Source: Mobula hypostoma
Taxonomy: Eukaryota
Reading direction: 5' to 3'
DNA length: 64,000 nucleotides
Assembly: GCF_963921235.1 (NCBI RefSeq)
Contig: NC_086097.1
Location: 92,382,001 to 92,446,000, forward strand
Numbering within the stretch: position 1 is the first letter of the stretch; every line of letters begins with the position of its first letter. Position numbers and translations under genes: made by a program. The notes under the pieces are model-generated. The model was given only the letters and a program-made list of their open reading frames with translations. It ran no database searches and was not told the DNA's origin. Shown one piece after another: positions 46,801 to 61,800 of this stretch.

Positions 46801-49800
46801 AGTCCCAGAGTCAACTCCCACTGTCCGAGTCAACTCCTTCAGTCAGAGTCAAATCCTCCAGTCCCAGAGTCAACTCCTCCATTCCGAGTAAACTCCTCCA
46901 GTCCCAGAGTCAACTCCTCCAGTCCGAGTCAACTCCATCATTCTGAGTCAACTCCTCCAGTCCGAGTCAACTCCTCCAGTCCGAGTCAACTCCTCCAGTC
47001 CGAGTCGACTCCTCCAGTCCGAGTCAACTCCTCCAGTCCGAGTCAACTCCTCCAGTCCCAGAGTCAACTCCCACTGTCCGAGTCAACTCCTTCAGTCAGA
47101 GTCAACTCCTCCAGTCCCAGAGTCAACTCCTCCAGTCCGAGTCAACTCCTCCAGTCCCAGAGTCAACTCCTCCAGTCCGAGTCAACTCCTCCAGTCCCAG
47201 AGTCAACTCCTCCAGTCCCAGAATCAACTCCTCCAGTCCGAGTCAACTCCTCCATCCCCAGAGTCAACTCCTCCAGTCCCAGAGTCAACTCCTCCAGTCC
47301 GAGTCAACTCCCCTTCTCCGAGTCAACTCCAGCAGTCCGAGTCAAATCCTCCAGCCCCAGGGGCAACTCTGCCGGACCCAGAGTCAACTCCTCCAGTCCG
47401 AGTCAACTCCTCCATTCCGAGTCGACTACTCTAGTCCAAGAGTCAACTCCCCCTGCCCGAGTCAACTCCTTCAACCGAGTCAACTCCTCCAGTCCGAGTC
47501 AACTCCTCCAGTCCCAGAGTCAACTCCTCCAGTCCCAGAGTCAACTCCTCCAGACCAAGAGTCAACTCCTATAGTCCGAGTCAACTCCTCCAGTCCGAGT
47601 CAACTTCTCCAGTCCGAGTCAAATCCTCCAGTCCAAGAGTCAACACCTCCAGTCCCAGAGTCAACTTCTCCAGTCCGAGTCAACTCCTCCAGTCCCAGAG
47701 GCAACACCCCTGACCAAGTCAACTCCTCCAGTCCCAGAGTCAACAGCTCCAGTATTAGTCAACTCCTCCAGCCCCAGAGGCAACTCCTCCAGCCCCAGAG
47801 GCAACTCCTCCGGTACCAGAGTGTACTCCTCCAGCCCCAGAGTCAACTCCTCCAGTCCCAGAGTCAACTCCTCCATTCCGAGTCAACTCCTCCAGTCAGA
47901 GTCAACTCCTCCAGACCCAGAGTCAACTCCTCCAGTCCGAGTCAACTCCTCCAGTCCAAGAGTCAACTCCTCCAGTCCCAGAGTCAACTCCCACTGTCCG
48001 AGTCAACTCCTTCAGTCAGAGTCAAATCCTCCAGTCCCAGAGTCAACTCCTCCAGTCCGAGTCAACTCCTCCAGTCCCAGAGTCAACTCCTCCAGTCCGA
48101 GTCAACTCCTCCAGTCCCAGAGTCAACTCCTCCAGTCCAGAGTCAACTCCTCCAGTCCGAGTCAACTCCTCCAGTCCGAGTCAACTCCTCCAGTCCCAGA
48201 GTCAACTCCTCCAGTCCCAGAGTCAACTCCTCCAGTCCGAGTCAACTCCATCATTCTGAGTCAACTCCTCCAGACCCAGAGTCAACTCCTCCAGTCCGAG
48301 TCAACTCCTCCACACCCAGAGTCAACACCTCCAGTCCAGAGTCAACTTCTCCAGTCCGAGTCAACTCCTCAAGTCCGAGTCAACTCACCCTGCTTGAGTC
48401 AACTCCTCCAGTCCGAGTCAACCCCTCCAGTCCAAGAGTCAACTCCTCCAGTCCCAGAGTCCACTCCCACAGTCTGAGTCAACTCCCCCTGTGCGAGTCA
48501 ACTCCTTCAGTCCGAGTCAACTCCTCAAGACCGAGTCAACTCCTCCAGTCTAGAGTCAACTCCTCCAGTCCCAGAGTTAACTCCTCCAGTCCGAGTCAAC
48601 TCCCCTTGTCCGAGTCAACTCCAGCAGTCCGAGTCAAATCCTCCAGCCCCAGAGGCAACTCCTCCAGTCCGAGTCAACTCCTCCATTCCGAGTCGACTAC
48701 TCCAGTCCAAGAGTCAACTCCTCCAGACCGAGTGAACTCCTCCAGTCTGAGTCAACTCCTCCAGTCCCAGAATCAACTCCTCCAATCCGACTCAATTCCT
48801 CCAGTCCCAGAGTCAACTCCTCCAGTCCGAGTAAACTCACCCTGCTTGAGTCGACTCCTTCAGTCCGAGTCAACCCCTCCAGTCCAAGAGTCAACTCCTC
48901 CAGTCCCAGAGTCAACTCCCACTGTCCGAGTCAACTCCTTCAGTCAGAGTCAAATCCTCCAGTCCGAGTCAACTCCTCAAGACCGAGTCAACTCCTCCAG
49001 TCTAGAGTCAACTCCTCCAGTCCGAGTCAACTCCTCCATTCTGAGTCAACTCCTCCAGTCCGAGTCAACTCCTCCAGACCGAGTCAACTCACTCTGCCCG
49101 AGCAACTCCTTCAGTCCGAGTCAACTACTCCAGTCCCGGAGTCAACTCCCACTGTCCGAGTCAACTCCTTCAGTAAGAGTCAAATCCTCCAGTCCCAGAG
49201 TCAACTTCTCCAGTCCGAGTCAACTCCTCCAGTCCCAGAGTCAACTCCTCAAGTCCGAGTCAACTCCTCCAGTCCCAGAGTCAACTCCTCCAGTCCCAGA
49301 GTCAACTCCTCCAGTCCGAGTCAACTCCTCCAGTCCCCAGAGTCAACTCCTCCGGTCCCAGAGTCAACTCCTCCAGTCCGAGTCAACTCCTCCATTCCGA
49401 GTCAACTCCTCCAGTCCAAGAGTCAACTCCTCCAGTCCGAGTCAACTCCCCCTGCCCGAGTCAACTCCTTCAACCGAGTCAACTCCTTCAACCGAGTCAA
49501 CTCCTCCAGTCCCAGAGTCAACTCCTCCAGTCCCAGAGTCAACTCCTCCAGTCCCAGAGTCAACTCCTCCAGTCCGAGTCAACTCCTCCAGTCCGAGTCA
49601 ACTCCTCCAGTCCGAGTCAACTCCTCCAGTCCCAGAGTCAACTCCTCCAGTCCCAGAGTCAACTCCTCCAGTCCGAGTCAACTCCTCCTGTCCCAGAGGC
49701 AACACCCCCTGACCAAGTCAACTCCTCCAGTCCCAGAGTCAACTCCTCCAGTCCGAGTCAACTCCTCCAGTCCCAGAGTCAACTCCTCCAGTCCAGAGTC

Positions 49801-52800
49801 AACTCCTCCCCACCCAGAGACAACTCCTCCAGCCCCAGACGCAACTCCTCCGTTCCGAGTCAACTCCTCCAGTCCGAGTCATCTCCTCCACACCCAGAGT
49901 CAACTCCTCCAGTCCGAGTCAACTCCTCCAGACCAAGAGTCAACTCCTCCAGTCCCAGAGTCAACTCCCCTTCTCCGAGTCAACTCCTTCAGTCAGAGTC
50001 AACTCCTCCAGTCCCAGAGTCAACTCCTCCAGTCCGAGTCAACTCCTCCAGTTCCAGAGTCAACTCCTCCAGTCCGAGTCAACTCCTCCAGTCCCAGAGT
50101 CAACTCCTCCAGTCCAGAGTCAACTCCTCCAGTCCGAGTCAACTCCTCCAGTCCAGAGTCAACTCCTCCAGTCCGAGTCAACTCCTCCAGTCCCAGAGTC
50201 AACTCCTCCAGTCCGAGTCAACTCCTCCAGTCCAAGAGTCAACTCCTCCAGTCCCAGAGTCAACTCCCACTGTCCGAGTCAACTCCTTCAGTCAGAGTCA
50301 AATCCTCCAGTCCCAGAGTCAACTCCTCCATTCCGAGTAAACTCCTCCAGTCCCAGAGTCAACTCCTCCAGTCCGAGTCAACTCCATCATTCTGAGTCAA
50401 CTCCTCCAGTCCGACTCAACTCCTCCAGTCCGAGTGAACTCCTCCAGTCTGAGTCAACTCACTCTGCCCGAGCAACTCCTTCAGTCCGAGTCAACTCCTC
50501 CAGTCCCAGAGTCAACTCCTCCAGTCCGAGTCAACTCCTCCAGTCCCAGAGTCAACTCCTCCAGTCCCAGAGTCAACTCCTCCAGTCCGAGTCAACTCCT
50601 CCAGTCCCAGAGTCAACTCCTCCAGTCCCAGAGTCAACTCCTCCAGTCCGAGTCAACTCCTCCTCTCCGAGTCAACTCCAGCAGTCCGAGTCAACTCCTC
50701 CAGCCCCAGAGGCAACTCCTCCGGTCCCAGAGTCAACTCCTCCAGTCCGAGTCAACTCCTCCATTCCGAGTCAACTCCTCCAGTCCAAGAGTCAACTCCT
50801 CCAGTCCGAGTCAACTCCTCCAGTCCCAGAGTCAACTCCTCCAGTCCGAGTCAACTCCTCCAGTCCAAGAGTCAACTCCTCCAGTCTGAGTTAACTGCTC
50901 CATTCTGATTCAACTCCTCCAGTCCGAGTCAACTCCCCCTGTCCGAGTCAACTCCCCCTACCCGAGTCAACTCCTTCAACCGACTCAACTCCTTCAACCG
51001 AGTCAACTCCTCCAGTCCCAGAGTCAACTTCTCCACTCCCAGAGTCAACTCCTCCAGACCAAGAGTCAACTCCTCTAGTCCGAGTGAACTCCTATAGTCC
51101 GAGTCAACTTCTCCAGTCCAAGTCAAATCCTCCAGTCCAAGAGTCAACACCACCAGTCCCAGAGTCAACTTCTCCAGTCCGAGTCAACTCCTCCAGTCCC
51201 AGAATCAACTCCTCCAGTCCGAGTCAACTCCTCCATCCCCAGAGGAAACTCCTCCGGTCCCAGAGTCAACTCCTCCAGTCCGAGTCAACTCCCCTTGTCC
51301 GAGTCAACTCCAGCAGTCCGAGTCAAATCCTCCAGCCCCAGAGGCAACTCCGCCGGTCCCAGAGTCAACTCCTCCAGTCCGAGTCAACTCCTCCATTCCG
51401 AGTCGACTACTCCAGTCCAAGAGTCAACTCCTCCAGACCGAGTGAACTCCTCCAGTCTGAGTCAACTCCTCCAGTCCCAGTGTCAACTCCTCCAGTCCGA
51501 GTCAACTCCTTCAGTCCAAGAGTCAACTCCTCCAGTCTGAGTTAACTGCTCCATTCCGATTCAACTCCTCCAGTCCGAGTCAACTCCCCCTGTCCGAGTC
51601 AACTCCCCCTGCCCGAGTCAACTCCTTCAACCGAGTCAACTCCTTCAACCGAGTCAACTCCTCCAGTCCCAGAGTCAACTTCTCCAGTCCCAGAGTCAAC
51701 TCCTCCAGACCCAGAGTCAACTCCTCCAGTCCGAGTCAACTCCTCCAGTCCGAGTCAACTCCTCCAGTCCAAGAGTCAACTCCTCCAGTCCCAGAGTCAA
51801 CTCCTCCAGTCCGAGTCAACTCCTCCAGTCCCAGAGGCAACACCCCTGACCAAGTCAACTCCTCCAGTCCCAGAGTCAACTCCTCCAGTCCGAGTCAACT
51901 CCTCCAGCCCCAGAGTCAACTCCTTCAGTCCAAGTCAACTCCTCCAGCCCCAGAGGCAACTCCTCCGGTCCCAGAGTCAACTCCTCAAGACCGAGTCAAC
52001 TCCTCCAGTCCCAGAGTCAACTCCTCCAGACCCAGAGACAACTCCTCCAGTCCGAGTCAACTGCTTCAGTCCAAGAGTCAACTCCTCCAGTCCCAGAGTC
52101 AACTCCCACAATTCGTGTCAACTCCTTCAGTCAGATTCAAATCCTCCAGTCCCACAGTCAACTCCTCCAGTCCGAGTCAACTCCTCCAGTCCCAGAGTCA
52201 ACTCCTCCAGTCCAGAGTCAACTTCTCCAGTCCGAATCAAGTCCTCCAGTCCAAGAGTCAACTCCTCCAGTTCCAGAGTCAACTCCTCCAGTCCCAGAGT
52301 CAACTCCTCCAGTCCGAGTCAACTCCTCCAGTCCAAGAGTCAACTCCTCCAGTCCCAGAGTCAACTCCCACTGTCCGAGTCAACTCCTTCAGTCAGAGTC
52401 AAATCCTCCAGTCCCAGAGTCAACTCCTCCATTCCGAGTAAACTCCTCCAGTCCCAGAGTCAACTCCTCCAGTCCGAGTCAACTCCATCATTCTGAGTCA
52501 ACTCCTCCAGTCCGAGTCAACTCCTCCAGTTCCAGAGTCAACTCCTCCAGTCCGAGTCAACTCACTCTGCCCGAGCAACTCCTTCAGTCCGAGTCAACTC
52601 CTCCAGTCCCAGAGTCAACTCCTCAAGTCCGAGTCAACTCCTCCAGTCCAAGAGTCAACTCCTCCAGTCCCAGAGTCAACTCCTCCAGTCCGAGTCAACT
52701 CCCCTTGTCCGAGTCAACTCCAGCAGTCCGAGTCAAATCCTCCAGCCCCAGAGGCAACTCCGCCGGTCCCAGAGGCAACTCCTCCATTCCGAGTCAACTC

Positions 52801-55800
52801 CTCCATTCCGAGTCGACTACTCCCGTCCAAGAGTCAACTCCTCCAGACCGAGTGAACTCCTCCAGTCTGAGTCAACTCCTCCAGTCCCAGAGTCAACTCC
52901 TCCAGTCCGAGTCAACTCCTCCAGTCCGAGTCAACTCCTCCAGTCCCAGTCAACTCCCCCTGTCCGAGTCAACTCCTCCAGTCCGAGTCAACTCCTCCAG
53001 TCCGAGTCAACTCCTCCAGTCCGAGTCAACTCCTCCAGTCCCAGAGTCAACTCCTCCAGTCCCAGAGTCAACTCCTCCAGTCCCAGAGTCAACTCCTCCA
53101 GTCCGAGTCAACTCCTCCAGTCCGAGTCAACTCCTCCACCCAGAGTCAACTCCTCCAGTCCGAGTCAACTCCTCCAGTCCCAGAGTCAACTCCTCCAGTC
53201 CGAGTCAACTCCTCCAGTCCCAGAGTCAACTCCTCCAGTCCGAGTCAACTCCTCCAGTCCGAGTCAACTCCTCCAGTCCGAGTCAACTCCTCCAGTCCGA
53301 GTCAACTCCTCCAGTCCCAGAGTCAACTCCTCCAGTCCGAGTCAACTCCTCCAGTCCAAGAGTCAACTCCTCCAGTCCCAGAGTCAACTCCCACTGTCCG
53401 AGTCAACTCCTTCAGTCAGAGTCAACTCCTCCAGTCCCAGAGTCAACTCCTCCAGTCCGAGTCAACTCCTCCAGTCCCAGAGTCAACTCCTCCAGTCCGA
53501 GTCAACTCCATCATTCTGAGTCAACTCCTCCAGTCCGAGTCAACTCCTCCAGTTCCAGAGTCAACTCCTCCAGTCCGAGTCAACTCCTCCAGTCCGAGTC
53601 AACTCCTCCAGACCGAGTCAACTCCTCCAGTCCCAGAGTCAACTCCTCCAGTCCGAGTCAACTCCTCCAGTTCAGAGTCAACTCCTCCAGTCCCAGAGTC
53701 AACTCCTCCAGTCCGAGTCAACTCCTCCATCCCCAGAGGAAACTCCTCTGGTCCCAGAGTCAACTCCTCCAGTCCGAGTCAACTCCTCCTTCTCCGAGTC
53801 AACTCCTCCAGTCCGAGTCAAATCCTCCAGCCCCAGAGGCAACTCCGCCGGTCCCAGAGTCAACTCCTCCATTCCGAGTCGACTACTCCAGTCCAAGAGT
53901 CAACTCCTCCAGTCCGAGTCAACTCCTTCAGTCCGAGTCAACTCCTCCAGTCCCAGAGTCAACTCCTCCAGTCCCAGAGTCAACTCCTCCAGTCCCAGAG
54001 TCAACTCCTCCAGTCCGAGTCAACTCCTCCAGTCCGAGTCAACTCCTCCAGTCCGAGTCAACTCCTCCAGTCCAAGAGTCAACTCCTCCAGTCCCAGAGT
54101 CAACTCCTCCAGTCCGAGTCAACTCCTCCAGTCCAAGAGTCAACTCCTCCAGTCCCAGAGTCAACTCCCACTGTCCGAGTCAACTCCTTCAGTCAGAGTC
54201 AAATCCTCCAGTCCCAGAGTCAACTCCTCCAGTCCGAGTCAACTCCATCATTCTGAGTCAACTCCTCCAGTCCGAGTCAACTCCTCCAGTTCCAGAGTCA
54301 ACTCCTCCAGTCCCAGAGTCAACTCCACCAGTCAAAGTCAACTCCTCCAGTTCAAGAGAAAAGTCCTGCAGTCCAAGAGTCAACTCCTCCAGTCCCGGAG
54401 TCAACACCTCCAGTCCAGAGTCAACTTCTCCAGTCCGAGTCAACTCCTCAAGTCCGAGTCAACTCCTCCAGTCCAGAGTCAACTCCTCCAGTCCGAGACA
54501 ACTCCTCCAGTCCAAGAGTCAACTCCTCCAGTCCCAGAGTCAACTCCTCCAGTCCGAGTCAACTCCCCTTGTCCGAGTCAACTCCAGCAGTCCGAGTCAA
54601 ATCCTCCAGCCCCAGAGGCAACTCCTCCAGTCCGAGTCAACTCCTCCATTCCGAGTCGACTACTCCAGTCCAAGAGTCAACTCCTCCAGACCGAGTGAAC
54701 TCCTCCAGTCTGAGTCAACTCCTCCAGTCCCAGAGTCAACTTCTCCAGCCCGAGTCAACTCCTTCAGTCCAAGAGTCAACTCCTGCAGTCCCAGAATCAA
54801 CTCTTCCAGTCCGAGAAAACTCCTGCAGTCCGAGTGAAGTCCTCCAGTCTGAGTCCAGTCCTTCAGTCCCAGAATCAACTCCTCCAGTCCGACTCAATTC
54901 CTCCAGTCCCAGAGTCAACTCCTCCAGTCCGAGTCAACTCACCCTGCTTGAGTCAACTCCTCCAGTCCGAGTCAACTCCTCCAGTCCGAGTCAACTCCTC
55001 CAGTCCCAGAGTCAACTCCTCCAGTCCGAGTCAACTCCTCCAGTCCCAGAGTCAACTCCTCCAGTCCGAGTCAACTCCTCCAGTCCAGAGTCAACTCCTC
55101 CAGTCCGAGTCAACTCCTCCAGTCCAAGAGTCAACTCCTCCAGTCCCAGAGTCAACTCCTCCAGTCCGAGTCAACTCCCCTTGTCCGAGTCAACTCCAGC
55201 AGTCCGAGTCAAATCCTCCAGCCCCAGAGGCAACTCCTCCAGTCCGAGTTAACTCCTCCATTCCGAGTCAACTCCTCCATTCAGAGTCAACTCCTCCAGA
55301 CCGAGTCAACTCCTCCAGTCTGAGTCAACTCCTCCAGTCCCAGAGTCAACTCCTCCAGTCCGAGTCAACTCCTCCAGTCCAAGAGTCAACTCCTCCAGTC
55401 CCAGAGTCAACTCCTCCAGTCCGAGTCAACTCCTCCAGTCCCAGAGGCAACTCCTCCAGACCAAGTCAACTCCTCCAGTCCCAGAGTCAACTCCTCCAGT
55501 CCGAGTCAACTCCTCCAGTCCCAGAGTCAACTCCTCCAGTCCCAGAGTCAACTCCTCCAGTCCCAGAGTCAACTCCTCCAGACCCAGAGTCAACTCCTCC
55601 AGTCCGAGTCAACTCCTCCAGTCCGAGTCAACTCCTCCAGTCCCAGAGTCAACTCCTCCAGTCCGAGTCAACTCCTCCAGTCCAAGAGTCAACTCCTCCA
55701 GTCCCAGAGTCAACTCCCACAATTCGAGTCAACTCCTTCAGTCAGAGTCAACTCCTCCAGTCCCAGAGTCAACTCCTCCAGTCCGAGTCAACTCCTCCAG

Positions 55801-58800
55801 TCCCAGAGTCAACTCCTCCAGTCCGAGTCAACTCCTCCAGTCCGAGTCAACTCCTCCAGTCCGAGTCAACTCCTCCAGTCCGAGTCAACTCCTCCAGTCC
55901 CAGAGTCAACTCCTCCAGTCCGAGTCAACTCCTCCAGTCCAAGAGTCAACTCCTCCAGTCCCAGAGTCAACTCCCACTGTCCGAGTCAACTCCTTCAGTC
56001 AGAGTCAAATCCTCCAGTCCCAGAGTCAACTCCTCCAGTCCGAGTCAACTCCTCCAGTCCCAGAGTCAACTCCTCCAGTCCGAGTCAACTCCATCATTCT
56101 GAGTCAACTCCTCCAGTCCGAGTCAACTCCTCCAGTCCGAGTCAACTCCTCCAGAGTCAACTCCTCCAGTCCGAGTCGACTCCTCCAATTCCAGTCAACT
56201 CCTCCAGTCCCAGAGTCAACTCCTCCAGTCCGAGTCAACTCCTCCAGTCCAGAGTCAACTCCTCCAGTCCCAGAGTCAACTCCTCCAGTCCGAGTCAACT
56301 CCCCTTGTCCGAGTCAACTCCAGCAGTCCGAGTCAAATCCTCCAGCCCCAGAGGCAACTCCGCCGGTCCCAGAGTCAACTCCTCCAGTCCGAGTCAACTC
56401 CTCCATTCCGAGTCAACTCCTCCATCCAGAGTCAACTCCTCCAGACCGAGTCAACTCCTCCAGTCTGAGTCAACTCCTCCAGTCCCAGAGTCAACTCCTC
56501 CAGTCCGAGTTAACTGCTCCATTCCGAGTCAACTCCTCCAGTCCGAGTCAACTCCTCCTGTCCGAGTCAACTCCCCCTGCCCGAGTCAACTCCTCCAGTC
56601 CGAGTCAACTCCTCCAGTCCGAGTCAACTCCTCCAGTCCCAGAGTCAACTCCTCCAGTCCCAGAGTCAACTCCTCCAGTCCCAGAGTCAACTCCTCCAGT
56701 CCGAGTCAACTCCTCCAGTCCGAGTCAACTCCTCCAGTCCAGAGTCAACTCCTCCAGTCCGAGTCAACTCCTCCAGTCCCAGAGTCAACTCCTCCAGTCC
56801 GAGTCAACTCCTCCAGTCCCAGAGTCAACTCCTCCAGTCCAGAGTCAACTCCTCCAGTCCGAGTCAACTCCTCCAGTCCAAGAGTCAACTCCTCCAGTCC
56901 CAGAGTCAACTCCTCCAGTCCCAGAGTCAACTCCTCCAGTCCGAGTCAACTCCTCCAGTCCAAGAGTCAACTCCTCCAGTCCCAGAGTCAACTCCCACTG
57001 TCCGAGTCAACTCCTTCAGTCAGAGTCAAATCCTCCAGTCCCAGAGTCAACTCCTCCATTCCGAGTAAACTCCTCCAGTCCCAGAGTCAACTCCTCCAGT
57101 CCGAGTCAACTCCATCATTCTGAGTCAACTCCTCCAGTCCGAGTCAACTCCTCCAGTCCGAGTGAACTCCTCCAGTCTGAGTCAACTCACTCTGCCCGAG
57201 CAACTCCTTCAGTCCGAGTCAACTCCTCCAGTCCCAGAGTCAACTCCTCAAGTCCGAGTCAACTCCTCCAGTCCCAGAAACAACTCCTCCAGTCCCAGAA
57301 TCAACTCCTCCAGTCCGAGTCAACTCCTCCATCCCCAGAGTCAACTCCTCCGGTCCCAGAGTCAACTCCTCCAGTCCGAGTCAACTCCCCTTCTCCGAGT
57401 CAACTCCAGCAGTCCGAGTCAATCCTCCAGCCCCAGAGGCAACTCCGCCGGTCCCAGAGTCAACTCCTGCATTCCGAGTCGACAACTCCAGTCCAAGAGT
57501 CAACTCCCCCTGCCCGAGTCAACTCCTTCAACCGAGTCAACTCCTCTAGTCCCAGAGTCAACTTCTCCAGTCCCAGAGTCAACTCCTCCAGACCAAGAGT
57601 CAACTCCTCCAGTCCGAGTGAACTCCTATAGTCCGAGTCAACTTCTCCAGTCCAAGTCAAATCCTCCAGTCCAAGAGTCAACACCACCAGTCCCAGAGTC
57701 AACTCCTCCAGTCCGAGTCAACTCCTCCAGTCCAAGAGTCAACTCCTCCAGTCCCAGAGTCAACTCCCACTGTCTGAGTCAACTCCTTCAGTCAGAGTCA
57801 AATCCTCCAGTCAGAGTCAACTCCTCCATTCCGAGTGAACTCCTCCAGTCTGAGTCAACTCAATCTGCCGGAGCAACTCCTCCAGTTCCAGAGTCAACTC
57901 CTCCAGTCCCAGAGTCAACTCCACCAGTCAAAGTCAACTCCTCCAGTTCAAGAGAAAAGTCCTGCAGTCCAAGAGTCAACTCCTCCAGTCCCGGAGTCAA
58001 CACCTCCAGTCCAGAGTCAACTTCTCCAGTCCGAGTCAACTCCTCAAGTCCGATTCAACTCCTCCAGTCCAGAGTCAACTCCTCCAGTCCGAGACAACTC
58101 CTCCAGTCCAAGAGTCAACTCCTCCAGTCCCAGAGTCAACTCCTCCAGTCCGAGTCAACTCCCCTTGTCCGAGTCAACTCCAGCAGTCCGAGTCAAATCC
58201 TCCAGCCCCAGAGGCAACTCCTCCAGTCCGAGTCAACTCCTCCATTCCGAGTCGACTACTCCAGTCCAAGAGTCAACTCCTCCAGACCGAGTCAACTCCT
58301 CCAGTCTGAGTCAACTCCTCCAGTCCCAGAGTCAACTCCTCCAGTCCGAGTCAACTCCTCCAGTCCAAGAGTCAACTCCTCCAGACCCAGAGTCAACTCC
58401 TCCAGTCCGAGACAACTCCTCCAATCCGAGTGAACTCCTCCAGTCTGAGTCAAATCCTCCAGTCCCAGAATCAACTCCTCCAGTCCGAGTCAACTCCTCC
58501 AGTCCCAGAGTCAACTCCTCCAGTCCGTGTCAACTCACCCTGCTTGAGTCAACTCCTCCAGTCCGAGTCAACTCCTTCAGTCCGAATCAACTCCTCCAGA
58601 CCCAGAGTCAACTCCTCCAGTCCGAGTCAACTCCTCCAGACCCAGAGTCAACTCCTCCAGTCCGAGTCAACTCCTCCAGTCCAGAGTCAACTCCTCCAGT
58701 CCGAGACAACTCCTCCAGTCCAACAGTTAACTCCTCCAGTCCCAGAGTCAACTCCTCCAGTCCGAGTTAACTCCCCTTGTCAGAGTCAACTCCAGCAGTC

Positions 58801-61800
58801 CGAGTCAAATCCTCCAGCCCCAGAGGCAACTCCTCCAGTCCGAGTCAACTCCTCCATTCCGAGTCGACTACTCCAGTCCAAGAGTCAACTCCTCCAGACC
58901 GAGTGAACTCCTCCAGTCTGAGTCAACTCCTCCAGTCCCAGAGTCAACTTCTCCAGCCCGAGTCAACTCCTTCAGTCCAAGAGTCAACTCCTGCAGTCCC
59001 AGAATCAACTCTTCCAGTCCGAGACAACTCCTCCAATCCGAGTGAACTCCTCCAGTCTGAGTCAAATCCTCCAGTCCCAGAATCAACTCCTCCAGTCCGA
59101 GTCAACTCCTCCAGACGCAGAGTCAACTCCTCCAGTCCGAGTCAACTCACCCTGCTTGAGTCAACTCCTCCAGTCCGAGTCAACTCCTTCAGTCCGATCA
59201 ACTCCTCCAGTCCCAGAGTCAACTCCTCCAGTCCGAGTCAACTCCTCCACACCCAGAGTCAACACCTCCAGTCCAGAGTCAACTTCTCCAGTCCGAGTCA
59301 ACTCCTCAAGTCCGAGTCAACTCCTCCAGTCCAGAGTCAACTCCTCCAGTCCGAGACAACTCCTCCAGTCCAAGAGTCAACTCCTCCAGTCCCAGAGTCA
59401 ACTCCTCCAGTCCGAGTCAACTCCCCTTGTCCGAGTCAACTCCAGCAGTCCGAGTCAACTCCTCCAGCCCCAGAGTCAACTCCTCCAGTCCGAGTCAACT
59501 CCTCCATTCCGAGTCGACTACTCCAGTCCAAGAGTCAACTCCTCCAGACCGAGTGAACTCCTCCAGTTCCAGTCAACTGCTCCAGTCCCAGAATCAACTC
59601 CTCCAGTCCCAGAGTCAACTCCTCCAGTCCCAGAGTCAATTCCTCCAGTCCCAGAGTCAACTCCTCCAGTCCCTGTCAACTCCCCTTGTCCGAGTCAACT
59701 CCAGCAGTCCGAGTCAAATGCTCCAGCCCCAGAGGCAACTCCTCCATTCCGAGTCAACTCCTCCAGTCCGAGTCGACTACTCCAGTCCAAGAGTCAACTC
59801 CTCCAGACCGAGTGAACTCCTCCAGTCTGAGTCAACTCCTCCAGTCCCAGAATCAACTCCTCCAGACCGAGTCAACTCCTCCAGTCCCAGAGTCAACTTC
59901 TCCAGCCCGAGTCAACTCCTTCAGTCCAACAGTCAACTCCTGCAGTCCCAGAGTCAACTCCTCCAGTCCGAGTCAACTCCTGCATTCCGAGTCGACTACT
60001 CCAGTCCAAGAGTCAACTCCTCCAGACCGAGTGAACTCCTCCAGTCTGAGTCAACTCCTCCAGTCCCAGTGTCAACTCCTCCAGTCCGAGTCAACTCCTT
60101 CAGTCCAAGAGTCAACTCCTCCAGTCTGAGTTAACTGCTCCATTCCGATTCAACTCCTCCAGTCCGAGTCAACTCCCCCTGTCCGAGTCAACTCCCCCTG
60201 CCCGAGTCAACTCCTTCAACCGAGTCAACTCCTTCAACCGAGTCAACTCCTCCAGTCCCAGAGTCAACTTCTCCAGTCCCAGAGTCAACTCCTCCAGACC
60301 AAGAGTCAACTCCTCCAGTCCGAGTGAACTCCTATAGTCCGAGTCAACTTCTCCAGTCCAAGTCAAATCCTCCAGTCCAAGAGTCAACACCACCAGTCCC
60401 AGAGTCAACTCCACCAGTCCGAGTCAACTCCTCCAGTCCGAGTCAACTCCTCCAGTCCAAGAGTCAACTCCTCCAGTCCCAGAGTCAACTCCCACTGTCC
60501 GAGTCAACTCCTTCAGTCAGAGTCAAATCCTCCAGTCCCAGAGTCAACTCCTCCATTCCGAGTAAACTCCTCCAGTCCCAGAGTCAACTCCTCCAGTCCG
60601 AGTCAACTCCTCCAGTTCCAGAGTCAACTCCTCCAGTCCCAGAGTCAACTCCACCAGTCAAAGTCAACTCCTCCAGTTCAAGAGAAAAGTCCTGCAGTCC
60701 AAGAGTCAACTCCTCCAGTCCGAGTCAACTCCTCCAGTCCAGAGTCAACTCCTCCAGTCCGAGTCAACTCCTCCAGTCCGAGTCAACTCCTCCAGTCCAG
60801 AGTCAACTCCTCCAGTCCGAGACAACTCCTCCAGTCCAACAGTTAACTCCTCCAGTCCCAGAGTCAACTCCTCCAGTCCGAGTCAACTCCCCTTGTCAGA
60901 GTCAACTCCAGCAGTCCGAGTCAAATCCTCCAGCCCCAGAGGCAACTCCTCCAGTCCGAGTCAACTCCTCCATTCCGAGTCGACTACTCCAGTCCAAGAG
61001 TCAACTCCTCCAGACCGAGTGAACTCCTCCAGTCTGAGTCAACTCCTCCAGTCCCAGAGTCAACTTCTCCAGCCCGAGTCAACTCCTTCAGTCCAAGAGT
61101 CAACTCCTGCAGTCCCAGAATCAACTCTTCCAGTCCGAGAAAACTCCTGCAGTCCGAGTGAAGTCCTCCAGTCTGAGTCAAATCCTTCAGTCCCAGAATC
61201 AACTCCTCCAGTCCGACTCAACTCCTCCAGTCCCAGAGTCAACTCCTCCAGTCCGAGTCAACTCACCCTGCTTGAGTCAACTCCTCCAGTCCGAGTCAAC
61301 TCCTTCAGTCCGAATCAACTCCTCCAGACCCAGAGTCAACTCCTCCAGTCCGAGTCAACTCCTCCGCACCCAGAGTCAACACCTCCAGTCCAGAGTCAAC
61401 TCCTCCAGTCCGAGTCAACTCCTCCAGTCCGAGTCAACTCCTCCAGTCCGAGTCAACTCCTCCAGTCTAGAGTCAACTCCTCCAGCCCGAGACAACTCCT
61501 CCAGTCCAAGAATCAACTCTTCCAGTCCGAGAGTCAACTCCTCCAGTCCGAGTCAACTCTCCTTGTCCGAGTCAACTCCAGCAGTCCGAGTCAAATCCTC
61601 CAGCCCCAGAGGCAACTCCTCCATTCCGAGTCAACTCCTCCATTCCGAGTCGACTACTCCCGTCCAAGAGTCAACTCCTCCAGTCCGAGTCAACTCCATC
61701 AGTCTGAGTCAACTCCTCCAGTCCCAGAGTCAACTCCTCCAGTCCCAGAGTCAACTCCTCCAGTCCCAGAGTCAACTCCTCCAGTCCCAGAGTCAACTCC